From assembly GCA_963716745.1 (NCBI GenBank), contig OY970320.1, forward strand, positions 3,200,001-3,264,000: a stretch of DNA of 64,000 bases, in the 5' to 3' direction. Within the stretch, counting starts at the first letter, position 1, and each line of letters opens with the position of its first letter. The stretch is from an uncultured Gemmatimonadaceae bacterium. Lineage in GTDB: Bacteria > Gemmatimonadota > Gemmatimonadetes > Gemmatimonadales > Gemmatimonadaceae. The notes beneath the pieces were generated by a model, which was not told where the DNA came from, did no database searches, and saw only the letters and a program-made list of their open reading frames with translations. Positions 26,782-37,989 of the stretch are shown one piece after another. A program made the position numbers and the translations under genes.

Positions 26782-29700
26782 CTAGTGACCTCCCGAAGCC
26801 GTCGCCGCCGGAGCGGCGGCTGGTGCCTTCTTCCCCCCACCACTGAGCTTCTCGATGAGCACGAACAGCACCGGCACGAGCAGCACACCGAAGATCGTCG
26901 CGATGAGCATGCCGCTGAACACCGCCATGCCCATCACCTTGCGCGCCTCCGCGCCGGCGCCGCTCGCCGTGAGCAGAGGCACCACGCCGAGAATGAACGC
27001 GAACGCGGTCATCAGGATCGGCCGGAAGCGCAGCTTCGCGGCTTCCATCGCGGCGGGGATCAACTCCATTCCCTCGTGCAGCTTCGCACGCGCGAATTCC
27101 ACGATGAGGATCGCGTTCTTGGCCGCGAGCCCAATGAGCATCACGAGTCCGATCTGCGCGAACACGTTGTTCTCGTAGCTCGGCGAGATCAATCGCGCGA
27201 GCCACAGTCCGAGGAACGCGCCGAACACCGCGAACGGTGTGCCGAGCAGCACGGAGAAGGGCAGGGACCAGCTCTCGTACTGCGCCGCCAGAATGAGGAA
27301 GACGAACACGAGCGCCATGCCGAACACCACCGCGCCCTTGCCCGCCGCCGCTTCTTCCTGGTACGACATCGCGTTGAACTGGTAACCGAAGCCGGCGGGC
27401 ACGAGCACGCTGTCGCCGACTTCCTTGAGCGCTTGCAGCGCTTGCGCGGAGCTGTAGCCCGGCGCCGGACCGCCCGTCACCTCGGCCGCACGATAGAGAT
27501 TGAAGCGGTTGGTGTACTCCGGTCCATTCGTGCGCGACGCGTGCACGAACGTCGAGAGCGGCACCATCTCGCCCTTCGCATTGCGCACGTAGAAGAACTG
27601 CAGCTGGTCGGGCGTCGCGCGGTACTGCGGCTCCGCCTGCACGTACACCTTGTAGAGGCGGCCGAACCGGTTGAAGTCATTGATGTATTGCCCGCCGAGG
27701 AACGCGCCGATCGTCGTGTTCACGTCCTGCAACTGCAGGCCGAGCGTCATCACCTTGTCGCGGTCAATGTTGGCGAAGATCTGCGGAACCGACGCGCTAT
27801 ACAGCGTCACGGCGTTCCCGATCTCCGGCCGTTTGCGCACGGCGGCGATGAACTCCTGCGTCTTGCTCGCGAGCGCCGCCGGCGTCTCACCCGTGCGGTC
27901 CTGCACGAAAATGGAGTAGCCGGCGCCCGTTCCGAGTCCCGGGATCGCGGGCGGACCGAACGCGAAGGCGAGCGCTTCGGGCACATCGCGCTGGAACGTC
28001 GCGTTCGCGACGCCCACCACGCCCTTCGCGTGCTCGGCGGCCGCGCCCCGCTCCGCCCACGGCTTGAGCGTGACGAAGAAGAACGCCGTGTTCGACGCGT
28101 ATGACTGCGTCACGAGGCTGTAGCCGGTGATCGTGACCACGCTGGCGACGCCGGGCGTGGCCATGAGGATCTGTTCCACTTTCTTCGCGGTCTCGTCCGT
28201 GCGCTGCAGCGACGTGGCGTCCTGCATCTTCACGTTCGCGAGCACGTAGCCCTGGTCCTCCTCGGGCACGAAGCCGCCGGGGATCTTCTTGCCCAGGATC
28301 ACGATCGCCACGCACAGGATGCCGATGAAGATCATGCTGCGCGCCATCTTGCGCACGAGGATGCCCGTGAAGCCCACGTAGCCGCCGGTGAACTTGTCGA
28401 ACACCTTGTTGAACCAGATGAAGAACTTGCCGAGCGGGCCCTTCTTCGGCTCGGCTTTGCGCAGCAGCATCGCGCTGAGCGCGGGCGAGAGCGAGAGCGC
28501 GCCGATCGCCGAGAGGATCACCGAGATCGCGATCGTGATCGCGAATTGCTGGTAGAGGCGTCCCGTGATGCCGCCCATGAACGCGACGGGCACGAACACG
28601 GCGCTCAATACGAGCGCGATCGCCACCACCGGGCCCGACACTTCGTCCATCGCCTTGTTCGCCGCGTCCTTCGGCGTCATCCCATGCTCAATGTGATGCA
28701 CCACGGCTTCGACGACGACGATGGCGTCGTCCACCACGATGCCGATCGCGAGCACCAGGCCTAACAGCGAGAGCACGTTGATCGAGAAGCCGAGCATCGG
28801 GAAGATCGCGAACGTCCCGATGAGCGACACCGGCACCGTGAGCAGCGGGATGAGCGTAGCGCGCCAGTCCTGCAGGAAGATGAACACGACGAGAATGACC
28901 AGCACCATCGCTTCCAACAGCGTGTGCACGATCTCGTTGATGCCCTCGCTCACGGGGAGCGTGGTGTCGAGCGAGATCGCGTACTCCATGTCGTTCGGGA
29001 AGCGGGTCTTGAGATCCTCCATCGTCTTCTTGATCTGGCCGGCCACATCGAGCGCGTTCGTGCCGGGGATCTGGTAGATCGCGATCGCCGCGGCGGCGTC
29101 GCCGCTCAGCCGCGCGATGGAGTTGTAGTTCTGCTCGCCGAGCTCGAGGCGCGCGACATCGCGCAGATGCACCTGCGACCCGTCGGGATTCGTGCGCACG
29201 ATCACCGCGCCGAATTCCGCGGTGTCGGCCAAGCGGCCGTTCGTGCGCACCGCGTAGGTGAATTCCTGTCCCGGGGGCGCCGGCGGTCCGCCGATCTGTC
29301 CGCCCGGCACGATCACGTTCTGCGTCTGGATCGCCTTGGTGAGATCGGGCACCGTGAGCTTGAGCTGCGCGAGCCGGTCCGGACTCACCCACACGCGCAT
29401 CGCGTAGTCGGCGCCGCCGAACAGCGTCACCTGGCCTACGCCGCGGATGCGCGCGATCTGGTCGGTGATGTTGATCGAGGCGTAGTTGTTCAGGAAGCGC
29501 GTGTCGTACGAGCGCTTCGGCGAGCGGAGCGTGACGATCAGCAGCGGGAAGGAGAGCGACTTCTTCACCGCGACGCCGAACTTCTTCACGTCCTCGGGCA
29601 GGCTGGGCGTGGCTTCGCTCACGCGGTTCTGCACGAGCACGTTGTTGATGTCGAGATTCGTGCCCACCTCGAACGCGACGCGCAGCGTCATCGAGCCGTC

Positions 29701-29952
29701 GTTCGCGTTGATCGAGCGCATGTAGATCGAGTTCTCGACGCCGTTCACCTTCTGCTCGAGCGGCGTCGCCACCGATTGCTCGACGCTCACGGCGTCGGCG
29801 CCGGTGTACGTGGCCGTGACCTGCACTTCGGGCGGCGTGATCTCGGGGTATTGCGAGACCGGAAGCCGCTGGAGGCTCACGAGGCCGACGAGCACCGTGA
29901 CAATGGAGATCACCATCGCCACAATGGGGCGGCGAATGAAGAAATGGCCCAT
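26782..29952 (-). CDS. RND efflux permease, HAE1 family
   Basis: FFIRRPIVA, GIVVDDAIVVVE, KNAILIVEFA, RFRPILMT; 1056 aa, intact. Confidence 0.97.
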   Translation of the reverse strand: MGHFFIRRPIVAMVISIVTVLVGLVSLQRLPVSQYPEITPPEVQVTATYTGADAVSVEQSVATPLEQKVNGVENSIYMRSINANDGSMTLRVAFEVGTNLDINNVLVQNRVSEATPSLPEDVKKFGVAVKKSLSFPLLIVTLRSPKRSYDTRFLNNYASINITDQIARIRGVGQVTLFGGADYAMRVWVSPDRLAQLKLTVPDLTKAIQTQNVIVPGGQIGGPPAPPGQEFTYAVRTNGRLADTAEFGAVIVRTNPDGSQVHLRDVARLELGEQNYNSIARLSGDAAAAIAIYQIPGTNALDVAGQIKKTMEDLKTRFPNDMEYAISLDTTLPVSEGINEIVHTLLEAMVLVILVVFIFLQDWRATLIPLLTVPVSLIGTFAIFPMLGFSINVLSLLGLVLAIGIVVDDAIVVVEAVVHHIEHGMTPKDAANKAMDEVSGPVVAIALVLSAVFVPVAFMGGITGRLYQQFAITIAISVILSAIGALSLSPALSAMLLRKAEPKKGPLGKFFIWFNKVFDKFTGGYVGFTGILVRKMARSMIFIGILCVAIVILGKKIPGGFVPEEDQGYVLANVKMQDATSLQRTDETAKKVEQILMATPGVASVVTITGYSLVTQSYASNTAFFFVTLKPWAERGAAAEHAKGVVGVANATFQRDVPEALAFAFGPPAIPGLGTGAGYSIFVQDRTGETPAALASKTQEFIAAVRKRPEIGNAVTLYSASVPQIFANIDRDKVMTLGLQLQDVNTTIGAFLGGQYINDFNRFGRLYKVYVQAEPQYRATPDQLQFFYVRNAKGEMVPLSTFVHASRTNGPEYTNRFNLYRAAEVTGGPAPGYSSAQALQALKEVGDSVLVPAGFGYQFNAMSYQEEAAAGKGAVVFGMALVFVFLILAAQYESWSLPFSVLLGTPFAVFGAFLGLWLARLISPSYENNVFAQIGLVMLIGLAAKNAILIVEFARAKLHEGMELIPAAMEAAKLRFRPILMTAFAFILGVVPLLTASGAGAEARKVMGMAVFSGMLIATIFGVLLVPVLFVLIEKLSGGGKKAPAAAPAATASGGH

Positions 29953-29963
29953 GGTGCGCGCCC

Positions 29964-31176
29964 CTACGGTGTAGCGGGTTTCTTCGTGCTATCTGCACCC
30001 GGCGGAGGGGTGCTCGGCTGTGGGCTGGCGGCTGTCGCCGGCACGGCGGTGGAGTCGGTCGGCGGCGGGGCGAGTGTCGCGCGCACTACGGAGCCGTCGC
30101 GCGCGCGCTGCAATCCGTCCACCACCACCTTGTCGCCCACCTGCAGACCATCGACGATCACGGTCATGTTCCCCGAGTTCGGACCGGTCTTCACCGTCTT
30201 GATGTGCACCGTATCCCCGGCGCCGATCTGCGCGACGCGCTGCGTGCCCTGCAGTTCCGTGAGCGCGCGCGTGGGGATCACCAGCGCGCCCTTGAGCGTT
30301 TCGCTCACCGAGCGCACGCGCGCGAATTGTCCGGCGCGCAGGATGCGGTCGGGATTCGGGAACGCGATGTCGATCGACACCGTGCCGGTGGTGGCGTCCG
30401 TGCGCGCGTCCATCGCGCGGAACTTGCCGGGGTAGGGGAAGGTCTGCCCGTTCGCGAGGATCATCTGGATCGGCCGCTTCGCCGTGTCGCTCTTGGACGC
30501 CTTCGAGATGCGCGTGGCGAGTTCCAGATATTGCACTTCCGGGATGCTGATCTTCACCCAGATCGGATCGACTTTGGAGACCGTCGTGAGCGCCTGCGCA
30601 TCAGCGGGTCCCACGAGATTGCCCACCGACTTGGTTGAGATGCCGGCCACGCCGTCGGTCGGCGCGAGGATCCGGCAATAGGCGAGATCCACCTGCGCCG
30701 CTTCGAGCGCGCCCTTCGCCGCAGCGACGGCGCCGATGGCCGTCTGCTCAGAGGCCTCCGCATCGTCGAGTTCCCGCTTGCTCACGGCTTTCTGCTCGAC
30801 GAGCGGCCGGTAGCGCGCCACGTCCTGCTTCGCCTTGGTGAGCGACGCTTGCGCCTCGGTCAATTGTCCCTGGAGCTGTGCGACCTTGGCCTTGAATGGA
30901 TTCTCGTCGATCACGTAGAGCAGCTGGCCCTTCTTGACCGGCATTGCCCTCGTCGAAACTCTTCGACGTGAGGAATCCCGAAACGCGCGGACGGATCTCC
31001 ACTTCTTCGGAGCCGCGCGTCTGTCCCACGGCTTCAATGCCGATGGGAACATCCTGCTGCGTGACCGCGGCGTAGAGGACTTCGGGGGGGAGCGCTTTGG
31101 GTGCTTCCTTCTTGCCGCATGCGGCGAGCGCCGCGAGGGCCGCGATCGCCGCGGCGAGGGAAAGGTGTGACCTCAC
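29964..31176 (-). CDS. RND periplasmic adaptor (membrane fusion protein) (indel near 30945)
   Basis: Lipobox LAACG; VEIRPRVSG, VKKGQLLY, I.APTDG, GLQVGDKVVVDG. Confidence 0.93.
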
Positions 31177-31395
31177 GATGACAACCTCGCTGCCGCAGGA
31201 CGTGACTCACGGCCGTGCCGACATCGGCGTACATGCCCGGACCGCGAAGATGCCTCTTGAACCGCAGAGGAGCAAGCCGGACAATTGGGCGTATGGCTTT
31301 TCGGACGCGCCTCGAACGGGCTTAGATTCTGTAACTGCAGACTGAGACGTTAGACTTAGACGTTGGAAGGCGTCGTTAGCCGTGAGTTCAACTGC

Positions 31396-31469
31396 GGCAG
31401 GGTAGCTCAGCTGGTTAGAGCACGGCACTCATAATGCCGGGGTCGCGGGTTCGAGTCCCGCCCCTGCTA
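31396..31469 (+). tRNA. tRNA with CAT anticodon, probably elongator Met; CCA not encoded
   Basis: GGCAGGG/CCCTGCT acceptor, CGGCA-CTCATAA-TGCCG anticodon arm, GGTTCGAGTCC; lacks initiator features; Ile2 not fully excluded. Confidence 0.93.
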
Positions 31470-31482
31470 TCTGATTCGAAAA

Positions 31483-31514
31483 CAAAAGCGCGCTCCCGAG
31501 GGAGCGCGCTTTTG
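31483..31514. terminator. Bidirectional intrinsic terminator
   Basis: CAAAAGCGCGCTCCC-GA-GGGAGCGCGCTTTTG between convergent transcripts. Confidence 0.85.
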
Positions 31515-31537
31515 CTCTCGCTGCGCGCCGCTTCTCG

Positions 31538-33814
31538 CTACCGTCGCCTCCCGCCACCGCCACCGCCGCCGCGCGATCCTCCGCCCGAGCGCGCGGAGTT
31601 GTAGTTCTGCGTGCGCTGTTGTCCTTGCTGTCGCGCTTGCTGGGTCCTCGGCACATCGGCGGGCACGCGCCCCTTCGACGCAGCGCCGCCCGCTCCGCCC
31701 GCACCGCCGGCGTCCTGCCATTTGCCGCCCTGGTTCGACTGCCAGTTGTTCCCATTCTGCCGGTAGACATTCCCGTCCTTCCCGGCGACGACATTGTTCG
31801 GCCGATTCGACGCACTCCCGCCGGAAGACAGATCGCGCGTCAATGGCTGATTGGCCACGCGCCCCTCACTTCCCGGTTGGCGGTACATGTTGTTGCTCAC
31901 GCCGGCACCGCCGCCGCCAGGTTTGCCTGGTCCACCGACTCCGCCGACTCCTCCAACTCCGCCGGGCTTACCGGGTCCGCCCACTCCACCGACTCCACCC
32001 ACTCCACCAACTCCACCAACTCCGCCCACGCCACCAACTCCACCGACGCCGCCGACCCCACCCACGCCGCCGACTCCGCCAACTCCACCCACTCCGCCCA
32101 CTCCGCCACCGTACCCTGGATATCCGCCGTACGGCGGCCGGTAATACGCCGGCGGATACATCGGACGCCCATACGGACCGTACCATCCTCCGTATCCGCC
32201 GAAAGCAATGCCCACGTGCAGGAACGGCGTGCTGAAGCCGAAGCCCACCGTGAATCCGGTATACGGATTCCAGCGCACCGCCACACCGAACGTCACGGGA
32301 TACGGGTAATACGCATACGGGCTCACATACGGCGGATAGTAGAATCCAGTGCCGTACACGACGGTGCCATAGTACGGATACATCCCCGTGTACCCCGACG
32401 TGTATCCGACATACACGACGGTCGGCGTCGTGTCGTACACCTCGACATACTTCACGTTGTAGACCGGTGAGCTCGGCGGGATCGATTGCACGGAGCTCGG
32501 CACGGAGTCGGCCACTGTCCACGGACCCTGCGGCCCGACCGACAGGAACCACACCGCCTTGTCGCACACGTAATACATCGAGCCGATCTTCAGCACCTGC
32601 GACGCGGTGTTGGTCGCGTACTGGATCTGGGTGCCGGTCACGGGAGCGAATTTCGGCTCGCCATCGTACGTGACCGTCACCTTGGCCGTCGCGCGGTCGA
32701 TCGCCGCCGTTTGCGGGATCTGCGCGTCCATGACCGCGTCCTTCGCCTGCTGCGTGCCCGGCACCGAAGCGAGCGCCTCCGACCTCGCGCTCGCCGGAGG
32801 GATCTTCGCGAAGGCCGCCGGCAGCGAATCGGGATTCACGAACTTCCACGGGCCGTCCAGCGTCTTCGAGGAGAACCAGCGCCCCGAGAGCAGCACGTAC
32901 GTGAGTTGCGTTCCGAGATCCTTGAACACCACGCGATCGGTGTTCTTCACGTACAGCAGATCCGTTCCCGTCATCGGCGACCAGCTCGGCGCGCCCTCGA
33001 ACACGATGAGCTCTGTGGGCTTGGTGGCGACCACGATCTTGGGCGGTGCGCCGGGGGGCGCGCTGTCGCGCTGCAGTGAATCGGGGACGAGCGCCTTCAC
33101 CGGCGCCGGTGGCGCGGTGATCTTCTCCCATGGCCCGAGCGCGCTCTTCGCGCCGTACCAGAGCGGGCCGCCGTTCAGGTAGAACGCCCCCGCGGCCGAG
33201 TCCCAAACCACCATCATCGGCGTGTTCACCGCGCGCTTGAACGGTGAGTTCGGCATCGTGTGCAGGATCGGTTCGCCTGCGTACAGCAGCAGCGCCGCGG
33301 GCACGTTCAATGTGAGGATCGCGGGCGGAGTCGTGTTCAAACTGTCGGCCGAGCGTTCCTCGACGGCGGCGAGCTCGAGGCTCGACGAGAAGCGGTCGAA
33401 CGCGATCTCGAAACGCCAGCTCTCGATGAGCGGACCGACGATCGCGCGGAAGCTCTTCTCCTTCTCCGGCGTGATGCCGGTGAAGCGCACGTTCGCTACG
33501 ACCACCTGATCGATGTGCACGGTGCGCGAATCCTTGTCGGTCTGCGCACGCGCCGAGAACCATACGACGCCGAACACCGGAGTCGTGCTCCCCTTCCGCG
33601 TGACCGACACGGCGGAACGTGCCGTGAGGTTGATCCCCTTGAGCGACTCAGGCTCCGGTTGGTAGATGATGATCTTCGCGGAGTCGGTCTTCAGCTGGCG
33701 CGGCCATCCGATCTCGCCGGCCTGCTGCGCCGCGGCGCCGAGCGTGGCGATGCCGAGCGCAATGCACAGGAAGGCGACCGCGCGCAGCGAACGAGCGATG
33801 GGAACTGTGAGCAT
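31538..33814 (-). CDS. Secreted conserved protein with YXWGXW-like region and Gly-rich (GGV)n tail
   Basis: Signal peptide, GWPR..IIIYQP.., Tyr/Pro-rich segment, NNVVAGKDGNVYR; intact ORF. Confidence 0.7.
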   Translation of the reverse strand: MLTVPIARSLRAVAFLCIALGIATLGAAAQQAGEIGWPRQLKTDSAKIIIYQPEPESLKGINLTARSAVSVTRKGSTTPVFGVVWFSARAQTDKDSRTVHIDQVVVANVRFTGITPEKEKSFRAIVGPLIESWRFEIAFDRFSSSLELAAVEERSADSLNTTPPAILTLNVPAALLLYAGEPILHTMPNSPFKRAVNTPMMVVWDSAAGAFYLNGGPLWYGAKSALGPWEKITAPPAPVKALVPDSLQRDSAPPGAPPKIVVATKPTELIVFEGAPSWSPMTGTDLLYVKNTDRVVFKDLGTQLTYVLLSGRWFSSKTLDGPWKFVNPDSLPAAFAKIPPASARSEALASVPGTQQAKDAVMDAQIPQTAAIDRATAKVTVTYDGEPKFAPVTGTQIQYATNTASQVLKIGSMYYVCDKAVWFLSVGPQGPWTVADSVPSSVQSIPPSSPVYNVKYVEVYDTTPTVVYVGYTSGYTGMYPYYGTVVYGTGFYYPPYVSPYAYYPYPVTFGVAVRWNPYTGFTVGFGFSTPFLHVGIAFGGYGGWYGPYGRPMYPPAYYRPPYGGYPGYGGGVGGVGGVGGVGGVGGVGGVGGVGGVGGVGGVGGVGGVGGVGGPGKPGGVGGVGGVGGPGKPGGGGAGVSNNMYRQPGSEGRVANQPLTRDLSSGGSASNRPNNVVAGKDGNVYRQNGNNWQSNQGGKWQDAGGAGGAGGAASKGRVPADVPRTQQARQQGQQRTQNYNSARSGGGSRGGGGGGGRRR
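31930..32110 (-). repeat. Coding 9-nt tandem repeat (Gly-Gly-Val)x14 plus x3
   Basis: CCNACNCCN units on the + strand with varied synonymous positions. Confidence 0.9.
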
Positions 33815-33940
33815 GAATTCCTCTCGAGAGGATCGGACGGGCCGACTCGCGGAACGAGCGCGCCGATGCGTTGATACTAGTACGGCGAATACCCCGCGCA
33901 ACGGCAGTCGTGCCCTACGGTCCGCGCCGGCGATCCGCGC

Positions 33941-36900
33941 TCACATCTTCGGCACCGCGATCGCCTTCATGCCCTTGTCCGTGAGCGCTTTGTTCAGCGC
34001 GGGCAGTTCCTTCGCTTCCCACGCACCGAACGCGCGGCTGACGTCGGCCAGTTCCTTGCTGATCGCCTGCGCGCGCTGCGCTTGCATGTCCGTGGGTTGG
34101 CCGTCGTAGTTGGTCACGCCGTCGTAGAGCCCGATGAGGTTCTCACGCAGGCGCTCCTCGCCGGTGATCGCGCCCCCTTCCTTCGTGGCCACGATCTTCT
34201 TGCGCAACGAGTCTACCTGCGCCGACGCGGCGCGCAGGCGCGAGGCGAGCGCGTCATCCTTCAGCGCCGCCGCATTCATCTCGAGCGCCGTTCGCGTGCC
34301 GTTCATCCGGTCCACCACGGTGGTCATCGTGTCGAGCAGCGCGTACAGCCGGTTCGCGAGCACGTTCTGCGCGCGGCGGTCGGCCATCGTGTAGGTCGCG
34401 CGCGGATCGGGCACGAGATGCAGCAGCGCCGTCGCCACGTTGCTCCCTTCGACGAGGCGCACGGTGTACGTCCCCGGCAGGTAGCGGGGCCCCGGGCCGA
34501 AGCCCGCCTGCGCCGCGGGCGGGATCCGCGCCGGCGGCTTGCGCATCGACCACGTCACCTGGTTCAGCCCGCGAAGATTCGTCGCGGGGAGCGACGCGAG
34601 CACTTTGCCCGCGGAGTCGCGCACCTCGAGCGTCATGTCGCCGAACACGTGGCGCTTCTGCAGGAAGTACGTGATGATGGCGTCGTCGGAAGGGTTCGGG
34701 CCGATGAACACGGCGTCGCCCGTCCCCCAGCCGCCGGACGCGGGCATGCGAAGCACGGTGGGCTGCGACGGCATGATCGCCACCGGCTTCGCGAGCGTCT
34801 CATTGGTCAGTGCGCGCAGCGGCGTGAGATCATCCACGATCCAGATGCCGCGGCCGTGCGTCGCGACCACGAGCGCATTATCTCGCGGATGGATCGCGAG
34901 ATCGCGCACCGCGACGCTCGGGAAGTCGCCCCCCTTGAATCGCGACCACTGCTGCCCGCCGTCCACGGACACCCACAATCCGAATTCGGTGCCGAGGTAC
35001 AACAGCTTCGGGTTGACGAGATCTTGTTTGATCACGTGCGCGTAGCCGCGCACCGGCGCGTCGGCCGGCACCAGCGATGTCCACGTCTTGCCGAAGTCGG
35101 TGGAGCGGTACGCGTACGGCCGCATGTCGCCGAACATGTGCAGATCGAACGTCGCGTAGATCGTGCCGGCGGCGAAATGGCCGGCGTCCACGTACGACAC
35201 CCACGCGGCCTTGGGCAGTCCCTTGATGTTGCCCACCACGTTCGTCCACGATCTCCCGGCGTCACGCGTGACCTGCAGATTGCCGTCGTCGGTGCCCGCC
35301 CAGACGACGTTCGGATCCTTGGGCGACTCCGAGATCGCGTAGATGGTGGTGTGCATCTCCGCCGACGAGTTGTCGACGGTGATACCGCCCGACTCCTCCT
35401 GCTTCTGCTTCTCGGGATCGTTCGTCGTGAGATCGGGAGAGATGCGCTGCCAGCTCTGTCCGTGGTCGCGCGACCGGAAGAGGAATTGCGCGCCGATGTA
35501 CACGGTGCCCTTCTGCGTGGGACTCACCATGATCGGCGTGTTCCAGTTGAAGCGGAGTTTCCCCTCCTTGTAGCCGGGCAGCGGCTGAATGTCGCGCGTC
35601 TCGTGCGTCTTGCGGTTCACGCGTCCGATGCTGCCGCCCTGCGCCTCGGCGTAGATGTACGTCGGGTCGCTCGGATCGGTCCACATCCAGAAGCCGTCGC
35701 CGCCGTACATGTTCTCCCAGCGGCTGTTCGTGATCCCGCCCGGATACGACGAGTTCCCCACCCACGAGCTGTTGTCCTGCAGTCCGCCGTAGACATTGAA
35801 CGGCCGGTCCATGTCCAGGCTCACGTGATAGAACTGGGACACTGGGCAGATTTCCGGCCTTCCACCACTTGTCGCCGCCGTCCATCGAGTACCAGATGCC
35901 GCCGTCGTCGCCGGTGATGAGATGGTCGGTGTTGTTTGGATCGATCCACACGACGTGGTGGTCGCCGTGCGTGCCGCCGTTCACGAAGTTGAAGGTCGTG
36001 CCGCCGTTCGTGCTCATGATGAGCGGGCCGTCCGGCTTGAAGATCCGGTTCTCGTTCTTCGGGTCGACGATCAGGTTGGCGAAGTAGAAGGGACGCCAGA
36101 CCATGTTCTGACTGCGGTCCTTCCTTGTCCACGTCGCGCCGCCGTCATCGGAGCGATAGAGCGCGCCGTTGGGCGCCGCCGCCTCGACGAACGCATAGAC
36201 GACATTCGGCTTGGATGGCGCGACGCTGACCGCCACGCGCCCCCACGGCTTCGCCGGCAGCCCCTTCGCCGATGCCGAGTCGAGCGACGACCACGTCGCG
36301 CCGCCGTCGGTGCTCTTGAACAATCCGCTGCCGCTCGGCGCGTCGGCGCCGTTACCGCCGGAGCGGAACGTCCAGCCCTGGCGCCGGAAGTCCCACATGC
36401 CGGCGTAGAGCGTGTTCGCGTTCTGCGAGTCCATCGACATCATCGAGCAGCCGGTGGAGGCGTTGTTGCCGGCGAGCATCTTGTTCCACGTCTTGCCGCC
36501 GTCGGTCGTCTTGTACACGCCGCGGTCGGGACTGTCGCTGAACGCCTTGCCCGGCACGCACGCGTACACCGTGTTCGCGTCGGCGGCGCTCACGATGATC
36601 TTCACGATGTGCTCGCTCTCGCGAAGACCCATGTTGGTCCACGTCTCGCCGCCGTCGGTGGACTTGTAGATGCCATCGCCCACCGACACCGAGTTGCGGA
36701 TCCAGGCTTCGCCGGTGCCCACCCAGATGACTTTCGAGTTGGTCGGATCGATGGTGATCGCGCCGATCGACTGCACGGTCTCCTTGTCGAACACAGGCTT
36801 GTACGTGGTGCCGCCGTTCATGCTCTTCCACACACCGCCGCTCGCGGCGCCCACGTACACGGTGAGGCGGTCGCCATCTTGCACCGCGGCGAGCGCGGCG

Positions 36901-37814
36901 ATGCGGCCGCTCATCTCGGCGGAGCCGATGTTGCGCGCGGCGATGCCGGCGGTGGTCTCGGAATCCACGCGCGTCGCGGCGGCGGTGCCCATCGCCGCAG
37001 GCAGCGGCACGGGCTTCGCCGCGGGCGCGGCTGCGGCCACCGGCGGCAGCACGTTCAGCTGCGGCACGGGCGAGACGCCCGCCGCGGGCTCGGTGAAGAG
37101 CGCGTTGTCCAGCGCGACGTTGGCTTCGATCGACGTGAACGCGTAGTTCACACGATCCGACGCCGGACTCCCCTTGTCGCCGATCGTGATGCTGTACGGA
37201 AGGTACCAGCCGTTCACCGGCTTGAAGTTGCCGACAGTGACCTCGAACTCCCGCTCGGCGCCGCGGATCACGCGCTTCACATCGTACTTGATCGGAAGGT
37301 AGTAGTCCTTGTCGATGAAGTAGGTGCGCACGTCGCCGTTGCTGGCGAGCGTGAGGCGCAGCTTGTAGACGTCGGTGCCGTCCGCCACGTCGGTGCCGAG
37401 GTATTCGAGCTTGTTCCCCTCGCGCGCATAGGAGAGCAGGGGATCCTCGAACTCGGCATCCTCGAGGAGTCCGCGCATCTCATCTTCGGCCATCGGCTGC
37501 ACATCCTTGCGCCCGTTGAAGGGTTCGACCTTCCAGCCCTTCGAGCCGTCATAAGCGGTGATGCCCACCATGCCGCCGAATCCGAATTCCTCGCGCACCA
37601 TGTTCGCGCGCTTCGCCTCGTACAGGATGCGCGCTTCGAATCCGCCGCCGCCGATGAAGCGGCCCGTGCGGCGCAGCGTGGTGACGGCGGCGATCGTGGA
37701 GGCGCCGCCGGAGCGCGCGATGTACTGTGCGACGATCGAGTCCGCCGACTGTTGTGCGGCGAGCGGCGCGGCGATGATCGCCAGCGGGAGGACGAGTTTG
37801 AAGAACGGGCGCAT
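33941..37814 (-). CDS. VPS10/sortilin-like BNR-repeat protein with an extra N-terminal LolA-like domain (indel near 35845)
   Basis: RNIGSAEMSGRI, many S.DGG.TW Asp-boxes, GGLQDN, GGDGF, RFNWNTP, ATHGRG. Confidence 0.88.
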
Positions 37815-37989
37815 GAGTGGCTCCTCAGAGGGGCGGGTGCAACATTTCAAAGTGGCTCGCTGAGGGGCGGAGTGCCAGTACGAGTGCGCGGGCGGCCGGT
37901 GAAACTGTGTCATCACTTGAGCGTACAATCATCGATATCGTCCAGCTTCTGATCCCCGCGGAATGTCTCCAACCACCGAGGCCTCACGC

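Noticed and set aside
31851..32144. (PPT)n protein on the + strand
   Set aside because: Antisense reading of the GGV tract of the minus-strand gene
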